Below are positions 1-9,303 of a stretch of DNA of 35,729 bases, in pieces. Source of the DNA: Nanohaloarchaea archaeon B1-Br10_U2g21. GTDB lineage: Archaea; Nanohalarchaeota; Nanosalinia; Nanosalinales; Nanosalinaceae. Position 1 is the first letter of the stretch. Every line of letters begins with the position of its first letter. Where the stretch lies: contig LKMP01000010.1 of the NCBI GenBank assembly GCA_001563915.1, positions 1 through 35,729 of the forward strand, written 5' to 3'. The position numbers were made by a program, and so were the translations under genes. The notes beneath the pieces are model-generated. The model saw only the letters and a program-made list of their open reading frames with translations. It was not told the DNA's origin and did no database searches.

Positions 1-741
1 AAAGCAATGAAGGATTTTGATGTCGTGATTGCGCCTACCAAAAAATCTATATCGCATACAAAAGCTAGAAACCAGGCATGTGAAAAAGGCGCGAGAATAG
101 CCACTATGCCTGGAATCAATAAAGAAATATGGAACACAAGTCTGAAAGCAGATTACCAGAAAGTCGCAGAAATATCTGAGAAAGTATATGATTTACTCGA
201 AGAAACGGATACTGTGCGAATCAAGACTCCATCAGGCACAGATTTATCCTTTAAAATCAATATTGAATATTTCCATACTGATACGGGTATGATACATGAC
301 TCTGGAGAGTTCGGAAATCTTCCGGCTGGCGAAGCAGATGGAGGTATTTTAGGCGCGGAAGGAGTACTTGTAACAGATCATTTTCCGTTTGCGCCAGAAG
401 GTACTAAAATATTTATAGAAGATAATAAGGCTATAGGGGTTGAAGAGCCAGGGAAAGAGGTTTCTCAACTTTCAAACGCGTTTAAAGAAGTAAAAGGGTC
501 TAGAACTGTTGCTGAGTTCGGTTTTGGGACTAACCCTGAGGCATGTCTCATAGGCAATATTTTACAGGATGAAAAGGTTTTGGGAACAGTGCATATAGCT
601 TTCGGAGATAACACGTCATATATTTCAGAGGGAGAATATCGTAATGAGTGTGAAATTCACTGGGATACAGTTTGCGAAAGCCCTACTGTTTATTTTGATG
701 ATTTAAAAGTTCTTGATAACGGCGAACCTGTTTTTCTGTAA
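1..741 (+). CDS. M29-family (thermophilic metalloprotease) aminopeptidase, 5'-truncated by the window edge
   Basis: Motifs GTDL, GNLPAGE, AEFGFGTNP, DEKVLGTVHIAFG and IHWD. The frame is open from position 1 (aaa gca atg), so the true start is probably upstream. Confidence 0.85.
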   Translation, partial: KAMKDFDVVIAPTKKSISHTKARNQACEKGARIATMPGINKEIWNTSLKADYQKVAEISEKVYDLLEETDTVRIKTPSGTDLSFKINIEYFHTDTGMIHDSGEFGNLPAGEADGGILGAEGVLVTDHFPFAPEGTKIFIEDNKAIGVEEPGKEVSQLSNAFKEVKGSRTVAEFGFGTNPEACLIGNILQDEKVLGTVHIAFGDNTSYISEGEYRNECEIHWDTVCESPTVYFDDLKVLDNGEPVFL

Positions 742-810
742 TGGCGACATAATTTAAAGTAGGAAAACGAATCTTTTCGTGAAATCCTCCGCGAAAGGTG
801 TTATCATTAA

Positions 811-2373
811 ATGAGCCTCTCTAACTCCTCAGAGATTCAGAAATCTGTTTCCGAAGCAGTCAATGAGATCAAGGATGGAGGCTCTGATGTGGATTTGGAG
901 CCTGAAGAGCTTAGAGATCTGAAAGAAGAAATTTATAAGCTAAAACGTAGGCATAGAGAGATGTCAAGCTCTCTAGGTTCTGAAGAGAATTCAAGCGAAG
1001 AAAGCTTTCAGATTCTAGAGGAAAGAATACAAGATGTTAAGGAATTACTTCTCGAAAGAGATTCAGAGCGGCAAAAACTAAGAGAAGACTTAGAGCAGCA
1101 AATAGGAGAGCTCAGAAGTTCTTTAGTCAAGGCAGAATCTGAAAAGGAGAATTTAAAAGAGGAGCTAGAAGGAGAAATAGTTGAGTTAAGAGAAGAGATA
1201 CAGGAAAAAGATTTAAGCCCAGGATCTCTGAAAGAAGAGATAAGAAGCGATATAAAAGAAATTAAAGAGCTTAAAGAGCTCAGAAAGGATGTTAAAGAAG
1301 TCAAGGCCTTGAAAAACGAAATAGAAGAGGTCAAAAAGATGGCTTCAGCTACCGCTATAGAAGAAAAAGTAGATAAGACGTGGGTGGAAGGAGAACTAGA
1401 AAATATTAGAAAATCGGTGCAGGAAGAACGTCCGGAGCTCCAAGAAAAGCTTGAAAATATACAAATAGAGGAAAAAGTTGACAAAAACGAGCTTGAGAAC
1501 CGTACCGAGTTATTGAGAGAAGAAGTAATGAGGGAAATTGTTTCTGTCAGAAATCAAATATTAGGGGATACTCCAGATAAGTCTGAGTTAGGAAGTCTTT
1601 GGGCATCTCTTGAAATGCTTGAAGATCAAATTGAAATGGTAGATGAAAACACGTTGAGCGCTGATAAAGTAGAGAAACGGATAGAAACAATGGATGACAA
1701 AGTTCAATCTATTAAAAACGAATTTACAGGTATAGAAAAATCTTTGACCGCTCTAGAAAATGAAGATAATGTGAGCCAAAGCGAGTTCAGATCAGAGCTG
1801 GAAGACTTCAAAAGAGAAATAAATGAAAACTTATCTGATCTTGCTGAAAAGATTTCATCTCGATATGCTACTAGTAAAGAAGTTTCAGGTCTTTGGTCTT
1901 CTTTAGAGGCATTAGAAGATAGGCAAAAAGAAGCAATCAAGACTGTAGACAAGATAGAGGATGCAGGTCTTGATGAATTTGGGCGTCTGAAAGACACATT
2001 GAAGTATTTGGAGCACAAGATACAGGATTTGGGAGAAGTCAAAGAAGTATTTGAGTCTGTTGATAGAATTGAAGGGAAAATTAAGACTCTGGAGCATGAA
2101 GTACAGGAGTTAGAGAGTCTTGAAGGCGTATCTGGCTCAATCGAAGATATCAATGGGCATATAGAGTACGTGGAGTATAAACTGCAGGATATAGAGGAGG
2201 CTAAGCTACCTGAAACGGTTGATAGAATAGAAGGAAGAATAAGTGATCTCGAAATCATTGTTGAAGGTATGGATGAAGAAAACGTAACTGAAGAAGACTT
2301 CAATGAGTTACAACATGATGTGGCAGAGTTATCGGATGCGGTCAAAACTGTGGCTGAAAACTTGAACATTTAA
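811..2373 (+). CDS. Acidic long coiled-coil protein with internal repeats, function unknown
   Basis: 520 aa, E/K/L-rich heptad pattern, no Walker motif or TM segment. Repeated blocks LWASLEMLED/LWSSLEALED and VDRIEGKI/VDRIEGRI. Confidence 0.75.
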   Translation: MSLSNSSEIQKSVSEAVNEIKDGGSDVDLEPEELRDLKEEIYKLKRRHREMSSSLGSEENSSEESFQILEERIQDVKELLLERDSERQKLREDLEQQIGELRSSLVKAESEKENLKEELEGEIVELREEIQEKDLSPGSLKEEIRSDIKEIKELKELRKDVKEVKALKNEIEEVKKMASATAIEEKVDKTWVEGELENIRKSVQEERPELQEKLENIQIEEKVDKNELENRTELLREEVMREIVSVRNQILGDTPDKSELGSLWASLEMLEDQIEMVDENTLSADKVEKRIETMDDKVQSIKNEFTGIEKSLTALENEDNVSQSEFRSELEDFKREINENLSDLAEKISSRYATSKEVSGLWSSLEALEDRQKEAIKTVDKIEDAGLDEFGRLKDTLKYLEHKIQDLGEVKEVFESVDRIEGKIKTLEHEVQELESLEGVSGSIEDINGHIEYVEYKLQDIEEAKLPETVDRIEGRISDLEIIVEGMDEENVTEEDFNELQHDVAELSDAVKTVAENLNI

Positions 2374-2548
2374 GATTAATCTTTCTAAATAGTTCTTATA
2401 TGAAATCTGTAGCACTAGGCAGATCTTGGAAGATGTCTGAGACAAGCCTAGTTGCTATGTTTAAGTTCTTCACTATTAATGGAGCCAAATTTATCAAATA
2501 AATGGCTCCAGGACCGATTTCACTCTCATGTTTTTGGTGTATTTCTAT

Positions 2549-3334
2549 ATGGTTCTGGAAAAACTCCGCTCTGGCGCCCTATGGCAACTGCTCGATGACG
2601 ATGGAAGCAGAAAACTTGCATTTATTCTTTGTCTGCCGTTGATAGACGGAGTTTTTGCTACGTTATTGGTGACTGGGGCTGTTAACACGTTCAGCCAAAT
2701 GATTAATGTGGCTATAACAATATTTACAGGCGCTGGAGCATTAGCAGTTCTTTACGCGGAATCAGATACTCGAAGAGATGCAGTAAAGATGATTAACAAT
2801 GTAGTCCCTGTAGTTGTAGTCGGAGCTTTGACTATAGCATTAATTGCTCCATTATTCGAACAAATCTTCAATACGAGTTTACTAAAGTATGCTGCAGGCC
2901 TTGCAATACTATCTATAGCAGCACAACTAGCCGACATAAAAACTGCAGAGCATCTACCTCCGACAGCAGTAATAATCACAGGGATGTTGCTATCATATCA
3001 AGGAGTAAATGGCTTTACAATGACGACCGCTTATGTTTACCCGGCTTTGGCTACTGTAGGAATTGCAATTATGGCACTATATTTTGCCACAGCTCTAAAG
3101 AGTTTTGAAATGAATCTTACCTATGTAAGATATGGTGGTTCGGCAGTACTCGTTATTATAGCGGCATCGCTCATAGGGATAAATCTTCCTGCTTATTTAG
3201 GGCCTTTAGTCTTTTTTGCAGCCATTTTAGCATCGTTTGAGAATCTAAAATTGCCTGACTTCAATATGGAAAGAATTTTTAGAACCTTCGGTAAGCTTGA
3301 CGACAATTCTTTCTCTCAAAGGCCTGAGTATTAG
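2549..3334 (+). CDS. Multi-pass membrane protein, DUF5794-like (haloarchaeal type)
   Basis: Several hydrophobic helices. The N-terminal KLAFILCLPLIDGVFATL resembles haloarchaeal DUF5794 proteins from recall. Start could be ATG 2528 or 2549. Confidence 0.6.
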   Translation: MVLEKLRSGALWQLLDDDGSRKLAFILCLPLIDGVFATLLVTGAVNTFSQMINVAITIFTGAGALAVLYAESDTRRDAVKMINNVVPVVVVGALTIALIAPLFEQIFNTSLLKYAAGLAILSIAAQLADIKTAEHLPPTAVIITGMLLSYQGVNGFTMTTAYVYPALATVGIAIMALYFATALKSFEMNLTYVRYGGSAVLVIIAASLIGINLPAYLGPLVFFAAILASFENLKLPDFNMERIFRTFGKLDDNSFSQRPEY

Positions 3335-3625
3335 TGTAAAACCAAGGATATCGCTAATGAATCCTGGGGTTAACAGCATTAGTCCGCTAAAAATTATTAT
3401 TCCTCCCTCTAGCATGTTTCGAGATACTTCTCCGCCTGTAACTGATCTTTGAAGTTTTTTCAGCACATGAATCCCTTCTCTTCTGATTAGTTCGGCTCCA
3501 ACAAGGCCTGTAATAAGCACTAGTGCTATAACTTGCCAGAATCCTAGAACTGAAGTGGCTTGTATAAGCACGTAAAGATCTATGAACGGAAGGGCAAGCA
3601 AAAGTACTATCCAGAATCGTAGCAT
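3245..3625 (-). CDS. fxsA: FxsA family membrane protein
   Basis: LPFIDLYVLI, TGLVGAELIRREG and GLMLLTPGFISDILG match the FxsA signature. Confidence 0.85.
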   Translation of the reverse strand: MLRFWIVLLLALPFIDLYVLIQATSVLGFWQVIALVLITGLVGAELIRREGIHVLKKLQRSVTGGEVSRNMLEGGIIIFSGLMLLTPGFISDILGFTLILRPLRERIVVKLTEGSKNSFHIEVRQF

Positions 3626-3646
3626 ATACTTGTGTTAATCAGGTTA

Positions 3647-3661
3647 CAGGTTTAAAACCTG
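3647..3661. promoter_or_regulatory. Near-palindromic TATA element between divergent fxsA and M42 peptidase genes
   Basis: CAGGTTTAAAACCTG, centred at 3654, lies 25 nt from ATG 3679 (+) and 29 nt from ATG 3625 (-). No SD is visible for either gene. Confidence 0.5.
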
Positions 3662-3678
3662 AAGCCAAAATCGTATCT

Positions 3679-4728
3679 ATGAATACTAAAGATCTTTTGC
3701 AAGAACTAGTAGAGACTCCAGGAGTATCTGGATCAGAATCTAAAATCCGGGAAAAAATAAAAGAAAATATTGAGGAATATGCAGATTCTATAGAAACAGA
3801 TAATATGGGTAATCTAATAGCAAAAAAAGGTTCAGGCGATAAAACATTGATGCTTGCCGCTCATATGGATCAAATAGGCCTTACAGTAAGAAGAATTGAT
3901 GAAAATGGTTTTATTAAGGTCTCAAAGATCGGGGGTATTTTCCCTGAAGGAATAATCAACCAGCGAGTGATTGTACACGCATCTAATGGGGAATCTGTAA
4001 AAGGAATACTGGGTATGAAGCCTCCACACCTCAAGAAGAAAGAGGAAAAGAATAAAGGTCTTCCAGATATGAAAAAGCTTTTCGTAGATACTGGAGCGGA
4101 AGATAAAGAGGATCTTAGAGAAAGAGGCGTAAGAGTAGGAGACTATATCTCCTATGACCGCGGATTCACAGAATTAAGAAATGGTTATGTTAGTTCTCCA
4201 TGTCTTGACAATAGAGTAGGCTGTGTAATAGGTATAAAGGCGTTAGAACATTTTGACGAAGACTATGAGCTAGCAGTAGTTTTTACGACTCAGGAAGAAG
4301 TTGGGCTTAAGGGTGCGAAAACAGCAGCATTTAAGATCGATCCTGATGTAGCTTTAGCAGTAGACACAGGAATGGCTGGAGATGTTCCGGGGATTGAGCC
4401 TGATGAATCAGATGAAGAAACAGGCAGCGGAGTAGGTATTGATATGGTGCAATCCGGAGGCAGAGGTCTTATAACACCTGAAAAAATTAAAGATTGGTTG
4501 ATAGATACTGCAGAAGATGGAGATCATAATTATTACCGTTCACTCTATGATGGAGGCGCTACAGACGCGGCAGGAATATATCTTGCCCGTGAAGGAATCC
4601 CTACTGGATCGCTAAGCATACCGACACGCCACATCCATTCTCCGGTAGAAATAGTGAATATTTCTGATGTAGAGGACGGTATAGAATTCTTAGCAGGAGC
4701 GTTCTCCACATTGGAAGAACATTTTTGA
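3679..4728 (+). CDS. M42 family (TET-type) aminopeptidase
   Basis: PGVSGSE, AAHMDQIG, LDNRVG, QEEVGLKGA, GATDA and RHIHSPVE motifs. Confidence 0.93.
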   Translation: MNTKDLLQELVETPGVSGSESKIREKIKENIEEYADSIETDNMGNLIAKKGSGDKTLMLAAHMDQIGLTVRRIDENGFIKVSKIGGIFPEGIINQRVIVHASNGESVKGILGMKPPHLKKKEEKNKGLPDMKKLFVDTGAEDKEDLRERGVRVGDYISYDRGFTELRNGYVSSPCLDNRVGCVIGIKALEHFDEDYELAVVFTTQEEVGLKGAKTAAFKIDPDVALAVDTGMAGDVPGIEPDESDEETGSGVGIDMVQSGGRGLITPEKIKDWLIDTAEDGDHNYYRSLYDGGATDAAGIYLAREGIPTGSLSIPTRHIHSPVEIVNISDVEDGIEFLAGAFSTLEEHF

Positions 4729-4749
4729 TCCAGTTTTATTAGCGCAAGG

Positions 4750-5151
4750 TCACAGTAGTTCTTTTGCTGCATAGGCTGTGGCAAGGCCTGTTGCCGCTAC
4801 TGCGCTTCCATAAAGTAGCATAGTCTGGCTTCTTGACATCGGATATTCTGAGCTGATGTGATCAAGAATATCTTCCTCATGAGCATTCAAATCATCAATA
4901 TATTCTTCTATTTCTTCATCGCCTAGGAGTTCGGCTGAAGCGCCGTACTTACTAAATCCAAATATGGCGTTTTCGCCTATTATAAGGTACTCTTCAGGCG
5001 AGCTATCATTATAAACTACTCCAAAATTATTTTCCAGTGCAATATCCATTGGTTTGGAGAAATTTGCTCTGCCTAGTGAACGGTTTTCATCTCTTTCAAG
5101 AACTGTTCTTATGTCTGGAGAACTATTCTCCAAAACCTTGTTTAACGGCAT
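4750..5151 (-). CDS. Hypothetical protein with C-terminal hydrophobic tail
   Basis: 133-aa acidic ORF filling the gap, ending in LLYGSAVAATGLATAYAAKELL. Confidence 0.6.
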   Translation of the reverse strand: MPLNKVLENSSPDIRTVLERDENRSLGRANFSKPMDIALENNFGVVYNDSSPEEYLIIGENAIFGFSKYGASAELLGDEEIEEYIDDLNAHEEDILDHISSEYPMSRSQTMLLYGSAVAATGLATAYAAKELL

Positions 5152-5411
5152 AGGAACGTATGAATTATGAGGGGTTAAACAGTTTTATGTGGATTACCAC
5201 ATAGGTGATTTTTATTCGGAGATAGTGTTTATCAGCAGCGTCTTAGCAGATAATATAGATATTCTCAACTTTTTCTAGTCTTTTTCCTTGTTTTAGTAAT
5301 AGAGGATAATTCTGGGCATTGGGGGTTCTGAATAGCTGCCAAAAAAAGCTATTGCTGATGAAACTGTCATATATAATGTCTATAAAGAATTTTCAAACTC
5401 TGAATTAGTTA

Positions 5412-5942
5412 TTATAACTTCTTTTTCTGCAATAATGTGTACTCAGAACCGTGAGGTCTTAAATCTGATCTATATAATTTTACGTTTTTCACTGTAAAAG
5501 TACCAAAGCTTGTGCCTTTGTAATCTTCCAACGCTTGATGTAGCTTTTTCTTATCGCCTTTTCTGATATTGTCAATCCTTAGAACTGTTATATGAGGGTG
5601 AAAATCGTAGTCATTATCAGATTCTATTTCGTGGTGCGAAGCCTGTTCGTAGAGTTTAAAAATTTTTTCTGAGTTGATCCCGGCCCAAAGTACTCTAATA
5701 TATTTTTTTGAGGGAAAGACTCCCAGACTTTGTACTTCTATTTCAAATGGCTTTAATTCAATGTTTTCTAGACCTTTCTCGACTTCTTCTTGTGCGGGAC
5801 TATCTAGACTGCTGAAAAACTCTAGTGTGGTATGCATTTTATCAGGGGCTACAGGCCGGCCTACGTTTATCTCTTTTTCTAGTTCTTTGAGCTTTTCCGA
5901 AATTTCTTCCGGTATATCGACTGCAGTGAAGGCTCGTACCAT
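5412..5942 (-). CDS. thpR: RNA 2',3'-cyclic phosphodiesterase (2H phosphoesterase, LigT/ThpR)
   Basis: RAFTAVD start, two HxT motifs (MHTTLEF, PHITV), GVFP..RVLWAG and SDLRPHGSEY. Confidence 0.92.
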   Translation of the reverse strand: MVRAFTAVDIPEEISEKLKELEKEINVGRPVAPDKMHTTLEFFSSLDSPAQEEVEKGLENIELKPFEIEVQSLGVFPSKKYIRVLWAGINSEKIFKLYEQASHHEIESDNDYDFHPHITVLRIDNIRKGDKKKLHQALEDYKGTSFGTFTVKNVKLYRSDLRPHGSEYTLLQKKKL

Positions 5943-5998
5943 TGGCTATACTCTTTTAATGCTCCGGTCTAATATTAAATCTGTGAGGTAATAAAAAT

Positions 5999-6256
5999 AT
6001 GGCAAATCCGCGCGCCCAAGAAATCACTGGTAGAACAGTTGTATCTGAAGAACATGGTAAAAAATTTGGAACTGTACAGGACATATCTTTCGTCGCTACT
6101 TCCGGCGAACTGATGAATCTGTTGGTTACAGACACAACTAAGCATTTAGAAAATACGGAACTTCAGGAAGATAATAAGGGCAGGAATATTGTGCCGTTCT
6201 CAGCTGTGAAGAGTATTGGAGACTTCGTAATTGTTTCAGAAGACGATATTCTGTGA
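5999..6256 (+). CDS. PRC-barrel domain protein (CdpB-like)
   Basis: 85 aa, G-x-x-V...GKKFGTVQDI...SGEL...VPFSAVKSIGDFVIV PRC-barrel pattern. SD-like GAGGTA upstream. Confidence 0.85.
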   Translation: MANPRAQEITGRTVVSEEHGKKFGTVQDISFVATSGELMNLLVTDTTKHLENTELQEDNKGRNIVPFSAVKSIGDFVIVSEDDIL

Positions 6257-6263
6257 ATGCTGA

Positions 6264-6605
6264 GTGGCAGGACTAAGTTCTGAAGAACTTTGCAGTCAAA
6301 TAACCAAGGTTTTAGATGATCAAGAGATATATTATGCCTGCACAGTTCAGGAGGAGTTAGCGGTAGTAACTTGGAGTTTTGAAGAAATACAAAGGTCCAT
6401 ACTTGCAGGGCCAGAAAACTATAATAGAGCTTCTATAGGTGTTTATTTGCGAAAAAATTATCCTACAGGGGCGTGTGGAGAACTTGCCGAGGAAGTAATG
6501 ATTGTAGATCAAAATAATTTTTCAGAAAATGTTTTAGAGGCCTATAAACGCGCAGAAAGATATGGTGAGGAAGACCTGGATATGGTCCAGGTCCAACGGT
6601 TTTAA
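6264..6605 (+). CDS. Hypothetical protein
   Basis: 113-aa acidic ORF with GTG start 7 nt after the PRC gene, converging on radA. Confidence 0.55.
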   Translation: MAGLSSEELCSQITKVLDDQEIYYACTVQEELAVVTWSFEEIQRSILAGPENYNRASIGVYLRKNYPTGACGELAEEVMIVDQNNFSENVLEAYKRAERYGEEDLDMVQVQRF

Positions 6606-7546
6606 CCGTCTATAATTCCTTCGTCTTTGACTTTGAATACTGCTTCGCCTTCAGGCATGTAAGGACTGTCTACAAGTCGAGCAATACGTGTATCTTTCTT
6701 CGACTTTCTCAAGTACAGTCTTACTGCTGAGTTATGCGCTACGATGTGTCCTCCAATAGCTTTAGTAGGATCTCCAAACATTTGGTCTGGATTACTCATA
6801 ACTTGGTTTGTAACTATGACTGCAAGGTTGTGAGAATTTGCCAGTCTCAGTAAGGTATTCATGTGTTTATTCAATTTCTGCTGTCTAGGTGCAAGTTCGC
6901 CTCTCCCAACATAATCGGATCTGAACTGTGCGGTCAATGAATCAACTACTATAAGCCCGATGTCATTTTGTTGGCATATCTCTTGAGCTTGATCAGCTAG
7001 AAGCATTTGGTGATCGGAGTTAAATGCGCGGGCAACGTGGATATTACTTAGTGTTTCATCTACGTCTAGGCCTTTGGCTTCTGCCATTTGCTCTATTCTG
7101 TCAGGAATAAACGTGTCTTCTGTGTCTATGTAGATGGCCTGTCGTTCTAGACCTCCTTCTTCTTCAGGTAGCTGTACGTTTACAGATAGTTGATGGGATA
7201 GCTGTGTTTTAGCAGATCCGAACTCGCCGTAAAACTCTGTAATGGCCTGGGTTTCGACTCCGCCACCTAGAACTTCGTTAAAATTGTCTGAACTGGTGGT
7301 AATTCTCTTCATCTCTTTGCGCTGTTCATGTCTTTCTTTACCAGTCTCGAAACCTATATCTAGTAGTTTACGCGCTTCAGTAATTACACTTTGACTTTTC
7401 TTGTTTCCGAGATCTGCGATTTCAGCTAGTTCGCCAGAACTCATTGTGGCTATACTCATTAAGTCATCGTATCCAGATTCCCTAAGTTTTTCTGCGGTTT
7501 TCCCTCCTACGCCTTTAATGTCCTCTAGTTCAACATCTTCAGTCAT
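6602..7546 (-). CDS. radA: DNA repair and recombination protein RadA
   Basis: N-terminal HhH (GVGGKTAEKL), FETG polymerisation motif, Walker A variant GEFGSAKTQ, YIDTE, VVDSL, GRGELAPRQQKL and TNQV. No intein. Confidence 0.97.
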   Translation of the reverse strand: MTEDVELEDIKGVGGKTAEKLRESGYDDLMSIATMSSGELAEIADLGNKKSQSVITEARKLLDIGFETGKERHEQRKEMKRITTSSDNFNEVLGGGVETQAITEFYGEFGSAKTQLSHQLSVNVQLPEEEGGLERQAIYIDTEDTFIPDRIEQMAEAKGLDVDETLSNIHVARAFNSDHQMLLADQAQEICQQNDIGLIVVDSLTAQFRSDYVGRGELAPRQQKLNKHMNTLLRLANSHNLAVIVTNQVMSNPDQMFGDPTKAIGGHIVAHNSAVRLYLRKSKKDTRIARLVDSPYMPEGEAVFKVKDEGIIDG

Positions 7547-7599
7547 TTTACAAAGACTCCTCCGTATTGTCTAATCTAAAATATTTCATAATACTATTT

Positions 7600-8583
7600 T
7601 TAGGCCTCTAAAACATCTAAAAGTGCTTTAAGTTCTTTTTCTGCGTCTAATGGCTCAATATTATTTGCTAAAAGCTCTATTCGGCCGAAATAATCGTTGT
7701 ATCGTGTTCTTCCTTCTACCTGTACTTCTAAGCCTTCTATTGCTTCTGCGGCATCTTCTACTGCATCTATATCCATATCTTTTTCCTCTTCTTCATCTAA
7801 ATCAAGGAGTTTTCGGGCTTGCTGGCCGAAGAATACTGTTCTAATACTGCTGCTACCGTCATCTATTACTGCAGATATCGCTAGCCTGCCTTCTGGCTCT
7901 TCTACTTCTTCGCCATCATCAGTTACATATTTTCCATCTTCATCTTCTTTTACAGTATCTCCTGAATCAGGGTCTACTCTAAAGAAGGGATTTGAAGTAT
8001 AGACTCGCATAACCATGCCTTTGACTGTGAAAGTATTGTTTTCTCCTGCAACTTCGCTTACAGGCACTTCCGTCGCCGTCTGTAATTCTACTTCATCAAA
8101 ATCTTCTTCAGACATTTTTACCTGTGCATTATCACCTAGACGCAATTCAGCTTTACCTCTATTATCTTCAACGCTGTAGGCTCCAGAAATTTCTATCACA
8201 TCGCCTTCCTCTACGCTCTCAGCTATCTCGGTCTGTTCATCCCATAATGTGACTCTGATACTGCCAGAGTTATCTCCTAGCACGAGATTTTGAACCTGGC
8301 CTTCTCCATCATCTCTCTGAAAAGTATTCTTATCTGATATGTCAAGAATTTTCCCAGCTATCTGAACCTTTCTCATCTCAGGCACTATATTTTTGATTTC
8401 AAGTTCTTTGGATCTCTCTTCGGATAAATCTATTCCGTGCTCCTTAGCTACTAAGTGAACTGCGCCTTCCTCACTTACAAGGCCTTCAAACTCTTCCATT
8501 TTTTCTTCTACTTTTTCTTTTATGTCTTCATTATCTAAGTCTGATTCATCTACAACTTTCTCGATTAAGGCCTCAGTACTCAT
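7600..8583 (-). CDS. rpa: Replication protein A-like OB-fold ssDNA-binding protein
   Basis: N-terminal GLVSEEGAVHLVAKEHG domain and two OB folds (LGDNSGSIRVTLWD, IDDGSSSIRTVFFG). Directly upstream of radA. Confidence 0.88.
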   Translation of the reverse strand: MSTEALIEKVVDESDLDNEDIKEKVEEKMEEFEGLVSEEGAVHLVAKEHGIDLSEERSKELEIKNIVPEMRKVQIAGKILDISDKNTFQRDDGEGQVQNLVLGDNSGSIRVTLWDEQTEIAESVEEGDVIEISGAYSVEDNRGKAELRLGDNAQVKMSEEDFDEVELQTATEVPVSEVAGENNTFTVKGMVMRVYTSNPFFRVDPDSGDTVKEDEDGKYVTDDGEEVEEPEGRLAISAVIDDGSSSIRTVFFGQQARKLLDLDEEEEKDMDIDAVEDAAEAIEGLEVQVEGRTRYNDYFGRIELLANNIEPLDAEKELKALLDVLEA

Positions 8584-8671
8584 ACGATGAGATGTAAGTT
8601 AAAACCTTAAATCAGTGTATGAGTGGAGATATAGAAAGGAGACAAATATAGAAAAAGAGGGGGTAAAAAAG

Positions 8672-8869
8672 CTATTTTAGGGCCTCTCGAATATCTTTGG
8701 GCTTAAGCGTTTTTCTCCCGTTTTCTTCTGTTATTGCGAGTGCTTCTTCAGCTACATCGCCTGCGAAAGTCTCAAGAATTTCTCCAAGTTCTTCCGCTGC
8801 CTCTTCAGATACTCGCTTATCTGTCTGTGTTTTCAGTAGTGACTTCATCTTTGCGTTAGAGAACTCCAT
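8672..8869 (-). CDS. Archaeal histone (HMf-like fold)
   Basis: 65 aa with RVSEEA and GRKTLKPKDI histone-fold motifs. SD-like GAAGGTG upstream on the minus strand. Confidence 0.9.
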   Translation of the reverse strand: MEFSNAKMKSLLKTQTDKRVSEEAAEELGEILETFAGDVAEEALAITEENGRKTLKPKDIREALK

Positions 8870-8962
8870 TGTTTTTTACACCTTCCAGTCTAATTTTGGA
8901 GCCCTACTGTTTTTAAACAGAAGGGTGGCCGGTAACGTTAAGAGGCCTGAAAACAAATATAT

Positions 8963-9259
8963 ATGTGGGAAGGGGTGATTATCGGAACTTTGAGCAGTTT
9001 AGAAGAGCTTTTTCTGAATGTAAAGCCTGTAAAGATACTTGTTTTGCTGAATGATCCTTCTAGTGAGAAATATGCTTCAGCAATTTCCAAAAAAGTAGAC
9101 TGCACATACTCGCATACTGTGCGCATACTACAAAGGATGGAAAATGAAGGTTTAATTACATCCAATAAGAAGGGTAGGAAGAAAGAGATAAGCCTCACAG
9201 AAAAAGGCGAGAAATTGGCAAAACCTTTGGCCGAGACTCTCCACCAGATGAATTTTTAA
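8963..9259 (+). CDS. Winged-helix (MarR/ArsR-like) DNA-binding protein
   Basis: YASAISKKVDCTYSHTVRILQRMENEGLI...KKGRKKEISLTEKG. The true start may be TTG 8990, downstream of SD GGGGTGA. Confidence 0.82.
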   Translation: MWEGVIIGTLSSLEELFLNVKPVKILVLLNDPSSEKYASAISKKVDCTYSHTVRILQRMENEGLITSNKKGRKKEISLTEKGEKLAKPLAETLHQMNF

Positions 9260-9303
9260 GGCGGCGACCTATTTTAAAAACATGTCAGGTCTCATAACAA
9301 TAC

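Noticed and set aside
1008-2369. Long Ser/Phe-rich minus-strand ORFs (1008-1484, 1704-2369) and similar shadows elsewhere
   Set aside because: Antisense shadows of E/K-rich genes, with no motifs.
5152-5411. 260-bp gap possibly hiding a small gene or RNA
   Set aside because: Only short ORFs (about 25 codons) and a weak palindrome (ATGTGG...CCACAT) were found.
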